From Bacteroidia bacterium (GTDB lineage Bacteria; Bacteroidota; Bacteroidia; Bacteroidales; VadinHA17): a stretch of 64,000 nt of DNA. Of the stretch, positions 18,302 to 28,163 are shown in pieces. Numbering within the stretch: the stretch's first letter is position 1; the number at the start of each line of letters is the position of its first letter. The notes below the pieces were generated by a model. That model saw only the letters and a list, made by a program, of their open reading frames with translations, did no database searches and had not been told where the DNA came from. The stretch covers positions 478 to 64,477 of the forward strand of contig JAPLDX010000055.1 in NCBI GenBank assembly GCA_026391215.1, given 5' to 3'. The translations under genes and the position numbers were made by a program.

Positions 18302-21100
18302 ATGTTAAGAAAGATCCGGAACTGTCTCATAATCTTATTATTACTCCCAGCTTCTGCCTTTTCTCAAAAGATTACCTCTCTGACGCTGGCGGATGCTCCC
18401 GGGCTTCAGGCCGGGAAAATATCTCTCACGGACAGCATAATACTTAATATAAACGGAAACAAACCATTATTTAGTTTCCTTCTTGATGGAAAATATTTCA
18501 ATTCTGCAGTGGCAAATGCTGTAATACAGAATAACTCCCATATACAGTATTTTGGAAGGGATCTGAAGGTAACCACTGTGATCGGGAACCAGGTATCAGG
18601 AAGCTGGACATCTGAGATCATTTTTGAAAACAATGGTCCTGATACTGTTTCCATCAGCAATGTTGTTCCTTTCGGGGAAGATTCATCTTCGTTTTATATT
18701 ACCGGATACGGTCCGGCCGATCTTGCCCGTGCATGTCTGTTCCGCCCTGGTTACAGGCCAGTCAGGGTAATACTGCCTGATAATGCCTGGGAAATGGGAT
18801 ATACATCATTCCCTGCTGATCAGGGTTATTCGGTATGCGCAATCGCAAGGAGGCTGAAAACGGAAGGAGGTCAGAGAAGAAGATATGAGACACTTCTGCC
18901 CCCTGAATCTAAAGTATCATATATAATTCATGCCAACGCTTTCAGGGGAGAATGGCAGGAAGGCTTACGGCTGATGTTCAGGGACAGATATCTATATGAT
19001 CTCGAAGAATTTGACAATTCACTTTATGAACGCAAAGACCTTGCCTGGATAAAGGAGAGTTACCTGATGATCTTGCAAATGGCGTGGGACAGAGAGTTTT
19101 ATGACAGGATGACCGGAAAGTATACCTTCCATGAAGTGATCAGGAAAGGTACTAATCTGTTTGGGTACTTTGATGTCTTTTGCATATGGCCAACCTGGCC
19201 GCGGCTCGGATTGGATCAGAGAAACCAGTGGGACCTCTATCGTGACCTGCCCGGGGGAACTGCCCAGCTCAGGAGTTTTGCACAAATGTCGCGTCTTTCC
19301 GGTACGAAATTTTTTATTTCCTATAATCCATGGGATAACAGTACGAAAACAGAGGATCATTATAAAGGTATGGCAAGGATCATTGCTGAGACTGAGGCAG
19401 ACGGAGTCGTGCTTGATACCAGGGGCAGCTCGAGCTATGAACTGCAGGCTGCTGCCGACAGTGTGAGAAAAGGAGTGATAATGTATTCTGAAGGAATGGC
19501 CATAACCAAAGATATGCCCGGAATAATTTCAGGACGTGTTCATAATGCCATCTATCTTAGCCCTGAGCTGAATCTAAATAAGCTTATTAAACCAGATTTT
19601 TCGATTTTCCGGGTTTGTGATGTGGGCGAGGATATTATTCACCGTGAAGTAGCAATAGCATTCTTTAATGGCTATGGTACCGAGCTTAATATGTACAGGC
19701 CAGGCGGTAGGGATGAAAATTTTGATGCGGACCTTGATTTTCTTGCCAGGACAACTTTTACCCTGCGCCAGAATAATGATGCCTTCCTCGATAATAACTG
19801 GACTCCGCTGATCGGGACAACCTTAGACAATGTTTACGTAAACCAATGGAACTCAGGAGAAAAAACGATTTATACTGTACTTAATATGCGACCCGAAGGA
19901 GTAGCGGAAAACCTTTTTAAGATTAACAGCCATGCCGGGAAGCATTACGTTTCATTGTGGAATCACGAGAATCTTATTCCTGAAACAGAAAAAGGAAAAA
20001 CCTTAATTTCATCAAGGGCTGACGGATGGCAGACGATCTGGTCAGGATCGAGAAAGGAGGGATCAGTTGATTGTATTGCTGAATTGCCGGATATTTTGAA
20101 ATCGGAACTGAGGGGTGATTCTGTTAAAATACATCATCCCGGAAAAGGCAGGGTAATTATCTGGAAGGGAGATCCATCATATAAAACCGTTTATAAAGAA
20201 TTCAATATTCTTCAGGATACTGTAATCAGGATCAGGGACCTTTTTGGTTATTATGAAGGCAAGATCGTTGTACAGCTTATTGAGGACAAAAGGCTGAAGG
20301 ATGAGAATGTTCTCAGGCTTGAAGGTGGCAAACCATGGCTCATCAGCAGGGTAAACCGCACCACAACCCGGGCAATGAATGTCCCTTCAGATATGGCGCT
20401 GGTGCCCGGAACCTCATTTTCCTTTAATGTCACCACCGGTGAGGATTTCATGCCTTATCCTGATGTAAGCGGCAGGATGGTCAGGATTGATAGTTTTCTT
20501 ATTGATAAATATCCAGTCACAAATGCCCAGTACTATGAGTTTCTTATCAATACAGGCTATTTTCCAAAAGATACAATAAATTATTTAAAACACTGGGAAT
20601 CAGGAATATATAAACAAGGTCAGGATAAATATCCGGTAGTTTATGTCAGCTATGAAGATATTGCAGCTTATTTAAAATGGGCTGATAAAAGATTACCCAC
20701 AGAGGCTGAGTGGCAGCTTGCAGCCCAGGGAACTGATAAGCGTTTGTGGCCATGGGGCAATGAATTCCATGGAACAAATTGCAACAATAGTTTTGACAGG
20801 CCAACCCCGGTTGATGCTTTCTCTAAAGGTATGAGTCCTTATGGCGTTTTGGATATGGTAGGCAACATATGGCAGATTACCAATGATATGTATTTCAATG
20901 GCGCTTATTACTTTTCAGTGATCAGGGGTGGAAGCTATTATCGTCCCGAATCGAGCTGGTGGTATATTCAGGGAGGTCCGCAGCAGCTGGATAAAACTCA
21001 GATAATGCTTATGGTATCTCCGGGGTTCGACAGGAACGCAACGGTTGGATTCAGGGGTGTGAAGGATGTGGATACGAAAAACTTCAGGGGCAGGAGGTAG
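18302..21100 (+). CDS. Secreted large protein with C-terminal formylglycine-generating-enzyme (FGE/SUMF1) family domain
   Basis: Signal peptide MLRKIRNCLIILLLLPASAFSQ. C-terminal motifs are YPVTNAQYYEF, YPVVYVSYEDIAAYLKWADKRLPTEAEW, WPWGN and RGGSY. The roughly 690-aa N-terminal region has no motif I recognise. Confidence 0.75.
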   Translation: MLRKIRNCLIILLLLPASAFSQKITSLTLADAPGLQAGKISLTDSIILNINGNKPLFSFLLDGKYFNSAVANAVIQNNSHIQYFGRDLKVTTVIGNQVSGSWTSEIIFENNGPDTVSISNVVPFGEDSSSFYITGYGPADLARACLFRPGYRPVRVILPDNAWEMGYTSFPADQGYSVCAIARRLKTEGGQRRRYETLLPPESKVSYIIHANAFRGEWQEGLRLMFRDRYLYDLEEFDNSLYERKDLAWIKESYLMILQMAWDREFYDRMTGKYTFHEVIRKGTNLFGYFDVFCIWPTWPRLGLDQRNQWDLYRDLPGGTAQLRSFAQMSRLSGTKFFISYNPWDNSTKTEDHYKGMARIIAETEADGVVLDTRGSSSYELQAAADSVRKGVIMYSEGMAITKDMPGIISGRVHNAIYLSPELNLNKLIKPDFSIFRVCDVGEDIIHREVAIAFFNGYGTELNMYRPGGRDENFDADLDFLARTTFTLRQNNDAFLDNNWTPLIGTTLDNVYVNQWNSGEKTIYTVLNMRPEGVAENLFKINSHAGKHYVSLWNHENLIPETEKGKTLISSRADGWQTIWSGSRKEGSVDCIAELPDILKSELRGDSVKIHHPGKGRVIIWKGDPSYKTVYKEFNILQDTVIRIRDLFGYYEGKIVVQLIEDKRLKDENVLRLEGGKPWLISRVNRTTTRAMNVPSDMALVPGTSFSFNVTTGEDFMPYPDVSGRMVRIDSFLIDKYPVTNAQYYEFLINTGYFPKDTINYLKHWESGIYKQGQDKYPVVYVSYEDIAAYLKWADKRLPTEAEWQLAAQGTDKRLWPWGNEFHGTNCNNSFDRPTPVDAFSKGMSPYGVLDMVGNIWQITNDMYFNGAYYFSVIRGGSYYRPESSWWYIQGGPQQLDKTQIMLMVSPGFDRNATVGFRGVKDVDTKNFRGRR

Positions 21101-21112
21101 GTCACCTCATTC

Positions 21113-22543
21113 TCAGACTTTCAGTTTCTTTTCTATTTCATTTATCTGATTCCTGAAATGCTTGTCGGTATCGATAAGGTTGTTGACTGTTTTGCATGCA
21201 TGGAGCACGGTAGCATGATCTTTGCCTCCGATATGCGATCCGATACTTGCAAGTGAAGCTTTTGTAAGACTCTTTGAGAAGTACATCGAGACCTGTCTTG
21301 CCTGTACTATTTCACGTTTTCTTGTCTTGCCCTGGATAAGATCGACGGGGATCTTGTAATAGTCACATACTATCTTCTGGATAAACTCAATGGTTATTTC
21401 TCTCCTGGTTGTGCTAATAAGCTTTTCAACCATCATCCTGGCGAGTTCAAGGGTGATCTCTTTCCTGTTCAGTGTTGACTGTGCATAAAGTGATATCAGA
21501 ACTGCTTCAAGCTCCCTGATGTTATTTGAGATATTCACTGCCAGGAATTCAAAGATCTCGTCAGGTAGTTCGATGCCGTCATTATAAGCTTTCTTCTTTA
21601 ATATTGCAAGACGGGTTTCATAATCCGGGCGCTGAAGGTCAGCCTGAAGTCCCCATTTAAACCTTGAAAGAAGTCTTTGCTCCAAACCCTGGAGATCAAC
21701 AGGAGGCTTATCACATGTTAGGATTAGCTGTTTGCCAGACTGGTGAAGATGGTTGAAGATATGAAAGAAGGTATCCTGGGTTTTTTCCTTTCCTGCAAAT
21801 TCATGGACATCGTCAAGGATAAGCACATCTATCATCTGGTAGAAATGGAGAAAATCATTCTTATTGTTATTCCTCACAGATTCTACGAACTGTGTCTGGA
21901 ATTTATTTGCATTTACATAAAGGACAGTCTTGTCGGGATGTGTTTCCTTTACAAGGATACCTATTGCCTGCGCAAGATGTGTTTTGCCAAGACCTGAATC
22001 ACCATATATCATCAGTGGATTGAAGGCAGTCCCTCCGGGATTATTGCCGACGGCAATACCTGCGGATCTTGCCAGCCTGTTGCATTCACCTTCGACGTAG
22101 TTATTGAAATTATAATCAGGATTCAGCTTTGGATCAAAATGGACCTTCTTGATACCGGGGATGACGAACGGATTCTTTATAGAAGGCTGTGTTACATCAA
22201 ATGGCACCTGAACAGGCTTATTATGCAGGTCAGTCTTATTCCTTGACGGATACCTGACAGTATAAGGTTTGCCATCTGAATATATAGCATTTTCCATCAC
22301 GACGTTATATTCGAGCTTTGCATCTGTTCCGATCTCCCTCCTGAGCGTTTTCCTGAGGATATCAATATACTGTTCCTCCAGGTACTCGTAAAAAAACGGG
22401 CTTGGTACCTGAATGGTAAGTACGTTGTTTTCCAGTTTCAACGGGATGATTGGTTCAAACCAGGTTTTAAAGCTGACAGACGGAATAATATCCCTGATAA
22501 TTTGCAGACAGTTATTCCATACGTCATGATGTGTTTTGTTCAT
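21113..22543 (-). CDS. dnaA: Chromosomal replication initiator protein DnaA
   Basis: AAA+ Walker A GDSGLGKTHL, LILDDVH, and C-terminal DNA-binding domain with GGKDHATVLHACK. Confidence 0.95.
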   Translation of the reverse strand: MNKTHHDVWNNCLQIIRDIIPSVSFKTWFEPIIPLKLENNVLTIQVPSPFFYEYLEEQYIDILRKTLRREIGTDAKLEYNVVMENAIYSDGKPYTVRYPSRNKTDLHNKPVQVPFDVTQPSIKNPFVIPGIKKVHFDPKLNPDYNFNNYVEGECNRLARSAGIAVGNNPGGTAFNPLMIYGDSGLGKTHLAQAIGILVKETHPDKTVLYVNANKFQTQFVESVRNNNKNDFLHFYQMIDVLILDDVHEFAGKEKTQDTFFHIFNHLHQSGKQLILTCDKPPVDLQGLEQRLLSRFKWGLQADLQRPDYETRLAILKKKAYNDGIELPDEIFEFLAVNISNNIRELEAVLISLYAQSTLNRKEITLELARMMVEKLISTTRREITIEFIQKIVCDYYKIPVDLIQGKTRKREIVQARQVSMYFSKSLTKASLASIGSHIGGKDHATVLHACKTVNNLIDTDKHFRNQINEIEKKLKV

Positions 22544-22894
22544 TTAAAAAAGGTAGTTAAAATTTCAGGGTCGATACAAGCAATTTCAGATAGCAATATT
22601 TGTAAAAAAAAATCTGAAAAAAAATTTTTTTTCACTTGATTATTTCAAAAAAAGTATATGTTTTTAAACATCAACAACTTATGTGAAAAAAATTAAATTG
22701 ATTTTGTAATCGGCTCATTATCAATATTTTATAGTTAAATAACTCAGCTTATCAGTGTATTACAATTCGTTATGGGGTGTTACTCAAAATTCGACAAAGA
22801 GGATTTAATAGTGGGACAATTTTGATATCGATTCAATTTTATTTTTCAAGATCAAGATACACTGAATTTTATAAATAAAGAACTAAACCGGAAT

Positions 22895-23833
22895 TTATTT
22901 TTTTCCGAAGACAGAAAAGTGAACATATCGTTTTGGATTCTCTTTCAGATCCACTAAAAGGACATTCAGGTTCTCCAAACTGGTGGAAAGATTCGAATAT
23001 AGTGTGTCATTAGTCAGTAACTGACCAGCGCTTCCCTTACCTTCATTCAGGTTTTCCAGAAGCAAGGACGCTTTCTCTAGACTCGATTTCAGATTCGTGA
23101 TTGAAGTATAAATGTCAGCAGCTGCAAGAGTATCAGTTACAGATTCCAGGTTGTTGAAAGTGCTGCTCATCTTTTCGGAATTATCGGAAAGCATCTGTGA
23201 GAACCTGGTAATGTTATCAAGAGCGGTCTTAAGCTCCTTCTCCTTCGCACCAAGAACATTGTCGATGCTTTCTGTTGTACTGTTCAGGTGGTCAACTGAA
23301 CTTTTGATATCATTCCTGAATTCCAGGCTCATTAAATCATCTACTGAAGCAATAACAGAATCGACAACATCCAATAGTTCCATGATCCTTTTTTTAATGG
23401 GGTAGAATTGTGTTTCTATTGTGGTCAGCAGCGATTCAGTCAGCTTCCCAGGTATAGTATCTTCGTATGCATAGGTTCCGGGTCCTTCGCCAAAAAGGAA
23501 CTGTACCTTCATACCGGCAATTATTGACACAGGTACTATTTCGGCTACAGTGTTCCTTGGCAGCTTAAAATCCTTGCTGACTGAAAAGGTGACAAGAAGC
23601 TTGCCACTGGTTTCATCAAGGAAATCAATTGACTGAACGACGCCGACCTTGTACCCGTTAATTTCAACCGGACTTGATTCTGAAAGGCCGCCTATTTCAC
23701 TATATACACAATAATAATATGCTGTCTTTTTGAAGAAGTCTTTTCCCTTCAGAAAACTATACAACCAGATGAATACAAGAATTGTTAACAATGCAACTGC
23801 ACCAACCTTAACTTCATGAGAGATCTTCATCAC
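22895..23833 (-). CDS. mlaD: MlaD/MCE family protein
   Basis: N-terminal TM helix, MCE core (VEINGYKVGVVQSIDF), long C-terminal coiled-coil-like region. Confidence 0.8.
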   Translation of the reverse strand: MMKISHEVKVGAVALLTILVFIWLYSFLKGKDFFKKTAYYYCVYSEIGGLSESSPVEINGYKVGVVQSIDFLDETSGKLLVTFSVSKDFKLPRNTVAEIVPVSIIAGMKVQFLFGEGPGTYAYEDTIPGKLTESLLTTIETQFYPIKKRIMELLDVVDSVIASVDDLMSLEFRNDIKSSVDHLNSTTESIDNVLGAKEKELKTALDNITRFSQMLSDNSEKMSSTFNNLESVTDTLAAADIYTSITNLKSSLEKASLLLENLNEGKGSAGQLLTNDTLYSNLSTSLENLNVLLVDLKENPKRYVHFSVFGKK

Positions 23834-23838
23834 TTATC

Positions 23839-25038
23839 TTAGTTTTGTTTCTTTCTTTTTTGTTCTAAAGCCTGCTGTAAAGGTAATATTTTGTTGTCTT
23901 TTACAGCAATGACAAATGCATCCGGATAAATTGCCTCAATCTTCTTGCGGTATTTCACTGCTTCCGGGTATTCTGTAAAGAATCCTGTGGCATACTTGAA
24001 ACGATTCTGTACATTTATTTCAACAATATCATTAATGCCCTTGAAATTTTCGGGTTTAATTTCTTTTCTGGATGATGCAGTTGCAACCTGCACCATAAAA
24101 ACCAGCTCATCATGAGCAGACAATGAACCTGATGAATTTCCTCCGCCAGATTCTGCGTTCCTGACTGCTGAAATTCCGCTCTTGATATCAATTTCATTCA
24201 TGTAATCCCTGCATGCCCTGAAAATAGCAGAAGCAAGATAATCCTGTCCCTGTTCCGAGTTAAGATATTGCTCTTCAGCAAGGTTGGTGATAAATCCAGT
24301 CTCAATCAGGACACTTGGCATGGTGGTGTTATATAAGACCCAGAAGCCTGCTTGTTTTACGCCACGATCCTTTCTGTCTACCCTGACATTGAACTGGTTC
24401 TGTACTTTTGCGGCAAGATCTGTGCTTTGTTCAAGAAAAACATTCTGCATCAGGGTAAACATGATATACGATTCAGGAGACTTCGGATCAAATCCTGCAT
24501 ATTTTGTTGAGTAATCCTCCTCCAGCAGGATAACTTCATTCTCCTTCATTGCAACCTCCAGATTCTCCTGGTCTTTGGTGTGACCCATTACAAAAGTCTC
24601 GGCTCCTGCCACACTTTTTGATTTTGCCCAGTTGGAATGTATGGAAATAAACAGATCTGCATTATTCTTATTTGCTATTCTTGGACGCTCAATCAGGTCA
24701 ACAGTTGAATCATCATCCCTGGTATATATGACAGTTACGTTTTGAAAATTATCCTTTAAATAATTGCCTGTTTTTAAAGCTATTGCAAGATTGATTTTCT
24801 TTTCCTTGCTGAAGGTTCCCGATGCTCCCGGATCCCTGCCTCCATGTCCGGGGTCAATGACAATAATCCATTTCCCGTCAGTTTTTGGATCGGATTTTGC
24901 TGCTTGGATACTGCAGGGAGTAAATAATAAAAGTAACAGGATCACTGCAGCATATATATTAATGAGGTTGTGTTTTCCGTTATTAACTCCTGTACACATG
25001 TTAAGTTCGTGTTTTTTTAATAGTTTTGCCGCTAACAT
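23839..25038 (-). CDS. N-acetylmuramoyl-L-alanine amidase (Amidase_3) with C-terminal SPOR-like domain
   Basis: VIDPGHGGRDPGA, ISIHSN and ETGFITN. C-terminal FMVQVATASS..YATGFF..AFVIA looks SPOR-like. The start is ambiguous: ATG at 25038 or 24999, and the ORF-track TTG at 25053. Confidence 0.85.
   Translation of the reverse strand: MLAAKLLKKHELNMCTGVNNGKHNLINIYAAVILLLLLFTPCSIQAAKSDPKTDGKWIIVIDPGHGGRDPGASGTFSKEKKINLAIALKTGNYLKDNFQNVTVIYTRDDDSTVDLIERPRIANKNNADLFISIHSNWAKSKSVAGAETFVMGHTKDQENLEVAMKENEVILLEEDYSTKYAGFDPKSPESYIMFTLMQNVFLEQSTDLAAKVQNQFNVRVDRKDRGVKQAGFWVLYNTTMPSVLIETGFITNLAEEQYLNSEQGQDYLASAIFRACRDYMNEIDIKSGISAVRNAESGGGNSSGSLSAHDELVFMVQVATASSRKEIKPENFKGINDIVEINVQNRFKYATGFFTEYPEAVKYRKKIEAIYPDAFVIAVKDNKILPLQQALEQKRKKQN
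25021..25028 (+). promoter_or_regulatory. -7 promoter box TAGTTTTG for the LptD-like gene
   Basis: Exact TAnnTTTG match in the divergent intergenic region. Confidence 0.4.
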
Positions 25039-25061
25039 CCCTAAGTCACACAAAAACTATA

Positions 25062-25069
25062 CAAAAATA
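25062..25069 (-). promoter_or_regulatory. -7 promoter box TATTTTTG for the amidase-mlaD operon
   Basis: Exact TAnnTTTG match on the minus strand. It interleaves face to face with the plus-strand box at 25021. Confidence 0.4.
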
Positions 25070-25078
25070 GTATTTAAG

Positions 25079-27676
25079 TTGTATCTTTTTAAAGAAAAGC
25101 GGTTCCTTGCAGTGTTCCTCGTGATGGTCCGGTTTATGTCATTGTTCTCACAGGAACCCGGGATTATTACTGATACAACTCAGTTAAAAAATGAGGTTGT
25201 CACCACTGATACTATCACTCTTCTTAAAATTTCCCCTGATGCAATTGACCAGCAAGTGACCTACAAAGCTGCTGGTTCAAAAAAAAATGATCTTGTTAAT
25301 AAAAAAGTTACGCTTGTCAGAAGCGCTGTTATAAATTATGGAGATATTCTGATACAAGCCGATTCTATCATTTTCAATATGGTTAATAACCAAATATTTG
25401 CGGTAGGAGTAAAGGACACTACCGGAAATATTATTGGTAAGCCCCATTTTAAATCCGGATCTGAGGAGTTTGATGCAGATACATTAAGGTATAATTTCAA
25501 GTCGGGAAAGGCTATAGTCAAAAATATTATTACCCAGCAGCAGGAGGGATTGTTGCACAGTGAGGTCACTAAACTTCTGGAGGACGGGACCTCCAACATA
25601 TACAAAAGCACTTATTCGACCTGCGATGCAGATACACCTCATTTCTATATTGCTCTTAAAAAAGCAAAGGTTTATCCGGGTGATAAAATAATCTCAGGCC
25701 CGGGGAACCTTGTCCTTGAAGGAGTCCCGTTACCTCTGTATCTGCCTTTCGGATTTTTCCCCATTCAGACAAAGCCGGCAGCTTCCGGTATTCTGATACC
25801 AAAGCCGCATTATGAAGAGGGCAGGGGATATGCTCTTACAGATGGAGGTTACTATTTTGCTATAAACGATTATTTTGACCTCACCCTGAGGGGAAACATT
25901 TATACCAACGGTTCGTGGCTGATAAATGCTCAGTCCAGTTTTAACAAACTCTATAAATACAGCGGTAGTTTTTCGTTCAGCTACGCAAAAAATTCTACAG
26001 GACATAAAGGATTGTCAGATTATAACGAGGAAAGAAACTATAGCATCGGCTGGACATACAGCCAGAATCCTAAAGCAAAACCAGGCTCACGGATAGCCGC
26101 AAGCGTTAATATGAGCTCAAGCGGATTTGACAGGAACAACAGCTATAACCTCAATGAGCACATCACCACCCAGAGGCAGTCAAGCATAAGCTATTCAAAA
26201 ACGTGGGCAGGAACACCTTTTAACCTGTCGGCCAGCATGAACCAAAGCCAGAACGTTAAGAATAAGACTGTCAATCTCAACCTTCCGAAGGTCAGCTTCA
26301 ATGCTTCCAGAATATATCCCCTGAAAGGTAAAAGCGGCGGTACGACAAAATGGTGGCAGGAGCTTCAATTCCAGTATTCGGCATCTCTTGATAATCAGAT
26401 TAATACCAATGACACCCTTTTATTTACAAACCAGGTCTGGAATGATATGAGGAATGGCTTCACTCATGAAGCTCCACTTAGTCTGCAGCTCCGTCCATTC
26501 AAAAATTTCACAATATCACCTCAGGTATCCTATAAAGGCGTTCTGTATACGCAAAAATATGCATGGGGATGGGATCCTGATATGCAAAGAGCAGTTGTTT
26601 ATGATACTCTTCAGGGAGCATTTTATGGTCATGCAATCAATCCATCTATAAGTGCAGGCTACAGTCCACAGATCTTCGGCACTTTTGATTTTATAAATCC
26701 AGATTCAAGGATTGATGCAATACGCCATGTGATGAAGCCTTCGGTAAGCTTCAGCTTCGTACCCTCTTTTGACGGGCTTAGCTCAAAAATGTACCAGGAG
26801 GTGAAGGATCCTTCAGGTAAGTTTACTGAACATTCAATTTTTGACGGCAATATTTATGGAACACCTTCGCTGTCAAGAAAGAGCGGAAATGTTTCATTCA
26901 ATCTTACAAATATTCTGGAGGCTAAGGTATTTGAACGCGGAGACACAACCGGAAAATCGAAAAATGTCAGATTGATAGATAATTTTGGCATCAGCACATC
27001 ATATAATATTTTTGCAGACTCAATGCACTGGTCTCCCGTTTCAATGGTAATGAGAACCACCCTCTTCGATAAAATAGGTATTTCAGCAAATGGCAGTCTT
27101 TCAATGTATGGAGTCAACAGCAAAGGAAACTCAATAGATACATATTACTTCACTCAGGTACATAAGCTGCTGCGTCTTACCAGTTTCTCAGCAGGACTTG
27201 ATTTCAGCCTCAGTGATCTGCTGAAAAGGAAGGATGACAAGAAGAAAAGCTCAGCACCGGCCGGTGCAAATCCTCAGGGAACGCAGAGACCGGGCATCGG
27301 CGGTGCTCCTTCAGGAGCATTGAATACCTTCGGATACGCTGAATTCAATGTGCCATGGACAATGAATGTCAGGTACAGCTTTAACTATTCCAAATATGTT
27401 TTAAAGCCTACGATCTCTCAAACACTGTCAGTAAACGGGAACGTAAAGCTGACCAGCAAGATGGCAATTACATACAGCTCAGGATATGATTTTGACGAAA
27501 AAAAGATCACTATGACACAGATAGGGGTGACCCGTGATCTTCACTGCTGGAATATGGCTTTCAGCTGGGTACCTAACGGTTCCATGAAAATGTGGACCTT
27601 TTCCATCAATGTTAAAGCATCTGTTCTGGCTGATCTGAAATATGAAAGACGTAAAGATTATCATGACAACTATTAA
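25079..27676 (+). CDS. Large outer-membrane beta-barrel protein, LptD/OstA-like
   Basis: Signal-like N-terminus (..FLAVFLVMVRFMSLFSQ), an OstA-like N-terminal segment, and long alternating beta-strand-type sequence ending ...YHDNY. The start is uncertain: TTG at 25079, or ATG at 25124. The ORF-track start at 24764 overlaps the amidase gene. Confidence 0.65.
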   Translation: MYLFKEKRFLAVFLVMVRFMSLFSQEPGIITDTTQLKNEVVTTDTITLLKISPDAIDQQVTYKAAGSKKNDLVNKKVTLVRSAVINYGDILIQADSIIFNMVNNQIFAVGVKDTTGNIIGKPHFKSGSEEFDADTLRYNFKSGKAIVKNIITQQQEGLLHSEVTKLLEDGTSNIYKSTYSTCDADTPHFYIALKKAKVYPGDKIISGPGNLVLEGVPLPLYLPFGFFPIQTKPAASGILIPKPHYEEGRGYALTDGGYYFAINDYFDLTLRGNIYTNGSWLINAQSSFNKLYKYSGSFSFSYAKNSTGHKGLSDYNEERNYSIGWTYSQNPKAKPGSRIAASVNMSSSGFDRNNSYNLNEHITTQRQSSISYSKTWAGTPFNLSASMNQSQNVKNKTVNLNLPKVSFNASRIYPLKGKSGGTTKWWQELQFQYSASLDNQINTNDTLLFTNQVWNDMRNGFTHEAPLSLQLRPFKNFTISPQVSYKGVLYTQKYAWGWDPDMQRAVVYDTLQGAFYGHAINPSISAGYSPQIFGTFDFINPDSRIDAIRHVMKPSVSFSFVPSFDGLSSKMYQEVKDPSGKFTEHSIFDGNIYGTPSLSRKSGNVSFNLTNILEAKVFERGDTTGKSKNVRLIDNFGISTSYNIFADSMHWSPVSMVMRTTLFDKIGISANGSLSMYGVNSKGNSIDTYYFTQVHKLLRLTSFSAGLDFSLSDLLKRKDDKKKSSAPAGANPQGTQRPGIGGAPSGALNTFGYAEFNVPWTMNVRYSFNYSKYVLKPTISQTLSVNGNVKLTSKMAITYSSGYDFDEKKITMTQIGVTRDLHCWNMAFSWVPNGSMKMWTFSINVKASVLADLKYERRKDYHDNY

Positions 27677-27689
27677 TATAAGGTATAAA

Positions 27690-28067
27690 ATGAAAAAAAT
27701 AATCAGGACACCCAATGCTCCCGCGGCTATCGGACCATACAGTCAGGCTGTTGAAATCAACGGAACACTTTATATATCGGGGCAGATACCCATTGATCCC
27801 GCAACAGGCAAACTTGTTGAAGGTGACATAACTGCCCAGACTATAAGGGTATTCAAAAACATTGAGGCAATTCTTCAGGCAGCCGGTTACAGTTTTGTGG
27901 AGGTTGTCAAATCAACATGCTACCTGAGCGACATAGCCGATTTTAAGGCCATGAATGAAGTATACGGGCGCTATTATTTTGAGAATCATCCGGCAAGGGC
28001 AGCTTTTGCTGTGAAAGATCTGCCTATGGGAGCGTTGATCGAGATAGAGACTATTGCTGTGAAATAA
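27690..28067 (+). CDS. ridA: RidA/YjgF-family reactive intermediate deaminase
   Basis: MKKIIRTPNAPAAIGPYSQA.., GQIPIDP and PARAAFAVKDLPMGALIEIE. Confidence 0.9.
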   Translation: MKKIIRTPNAPAAIGPYSQAVEINGTLYISGQIPIDPATGKLVEGDITAQTIRVFKNIEAILQAAGYSFVEVVKSTCYLSDIADFKAMNEVYGRYYFENHPARAAFAVKDLPMGALIEIETIAVK

Positions 28068-28071
28068 AGAA

Positions 28072-28094
28072 GAGCGTAGTTACAAACTACGCTC
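28072..28094 (-). terminator. Intrinsic terminator hairpin, probably for the rpsF-rpsR-rplI operon
   Basis: 10-bp stem gagcgtagtt/aactacgctc with a 3-nt loop. On the minus strand it is followed by TTCTTTATTTC. Confidence 0.55.
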
Positions 28095-28134
28095 AGCGAT
28101 ATTTATACATTTTCAGATTTGAATGATCAGCTCG

Positions 28135-28163
28135 GCGTAGTTTTTAACTACGCTATTTTTGTT
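28135..28163 (+). terminator. Intrinsic terminator hairpin for ridA
   Basis: 8-bp stem gcgtagtt/aactacgc with loop ttt, followed by tatttttgtt. Confidence 0.6.

Noticed and set aside
24764-25078. N-terminal 105 codons of the ORF-track LptD-like ORF
   Set aside because: This part overlaps the amidase gene on the other strand and lies upstream of the predicted plus-strand promoter box (25021). A signal-peptide-like sequence only begins near 25079.
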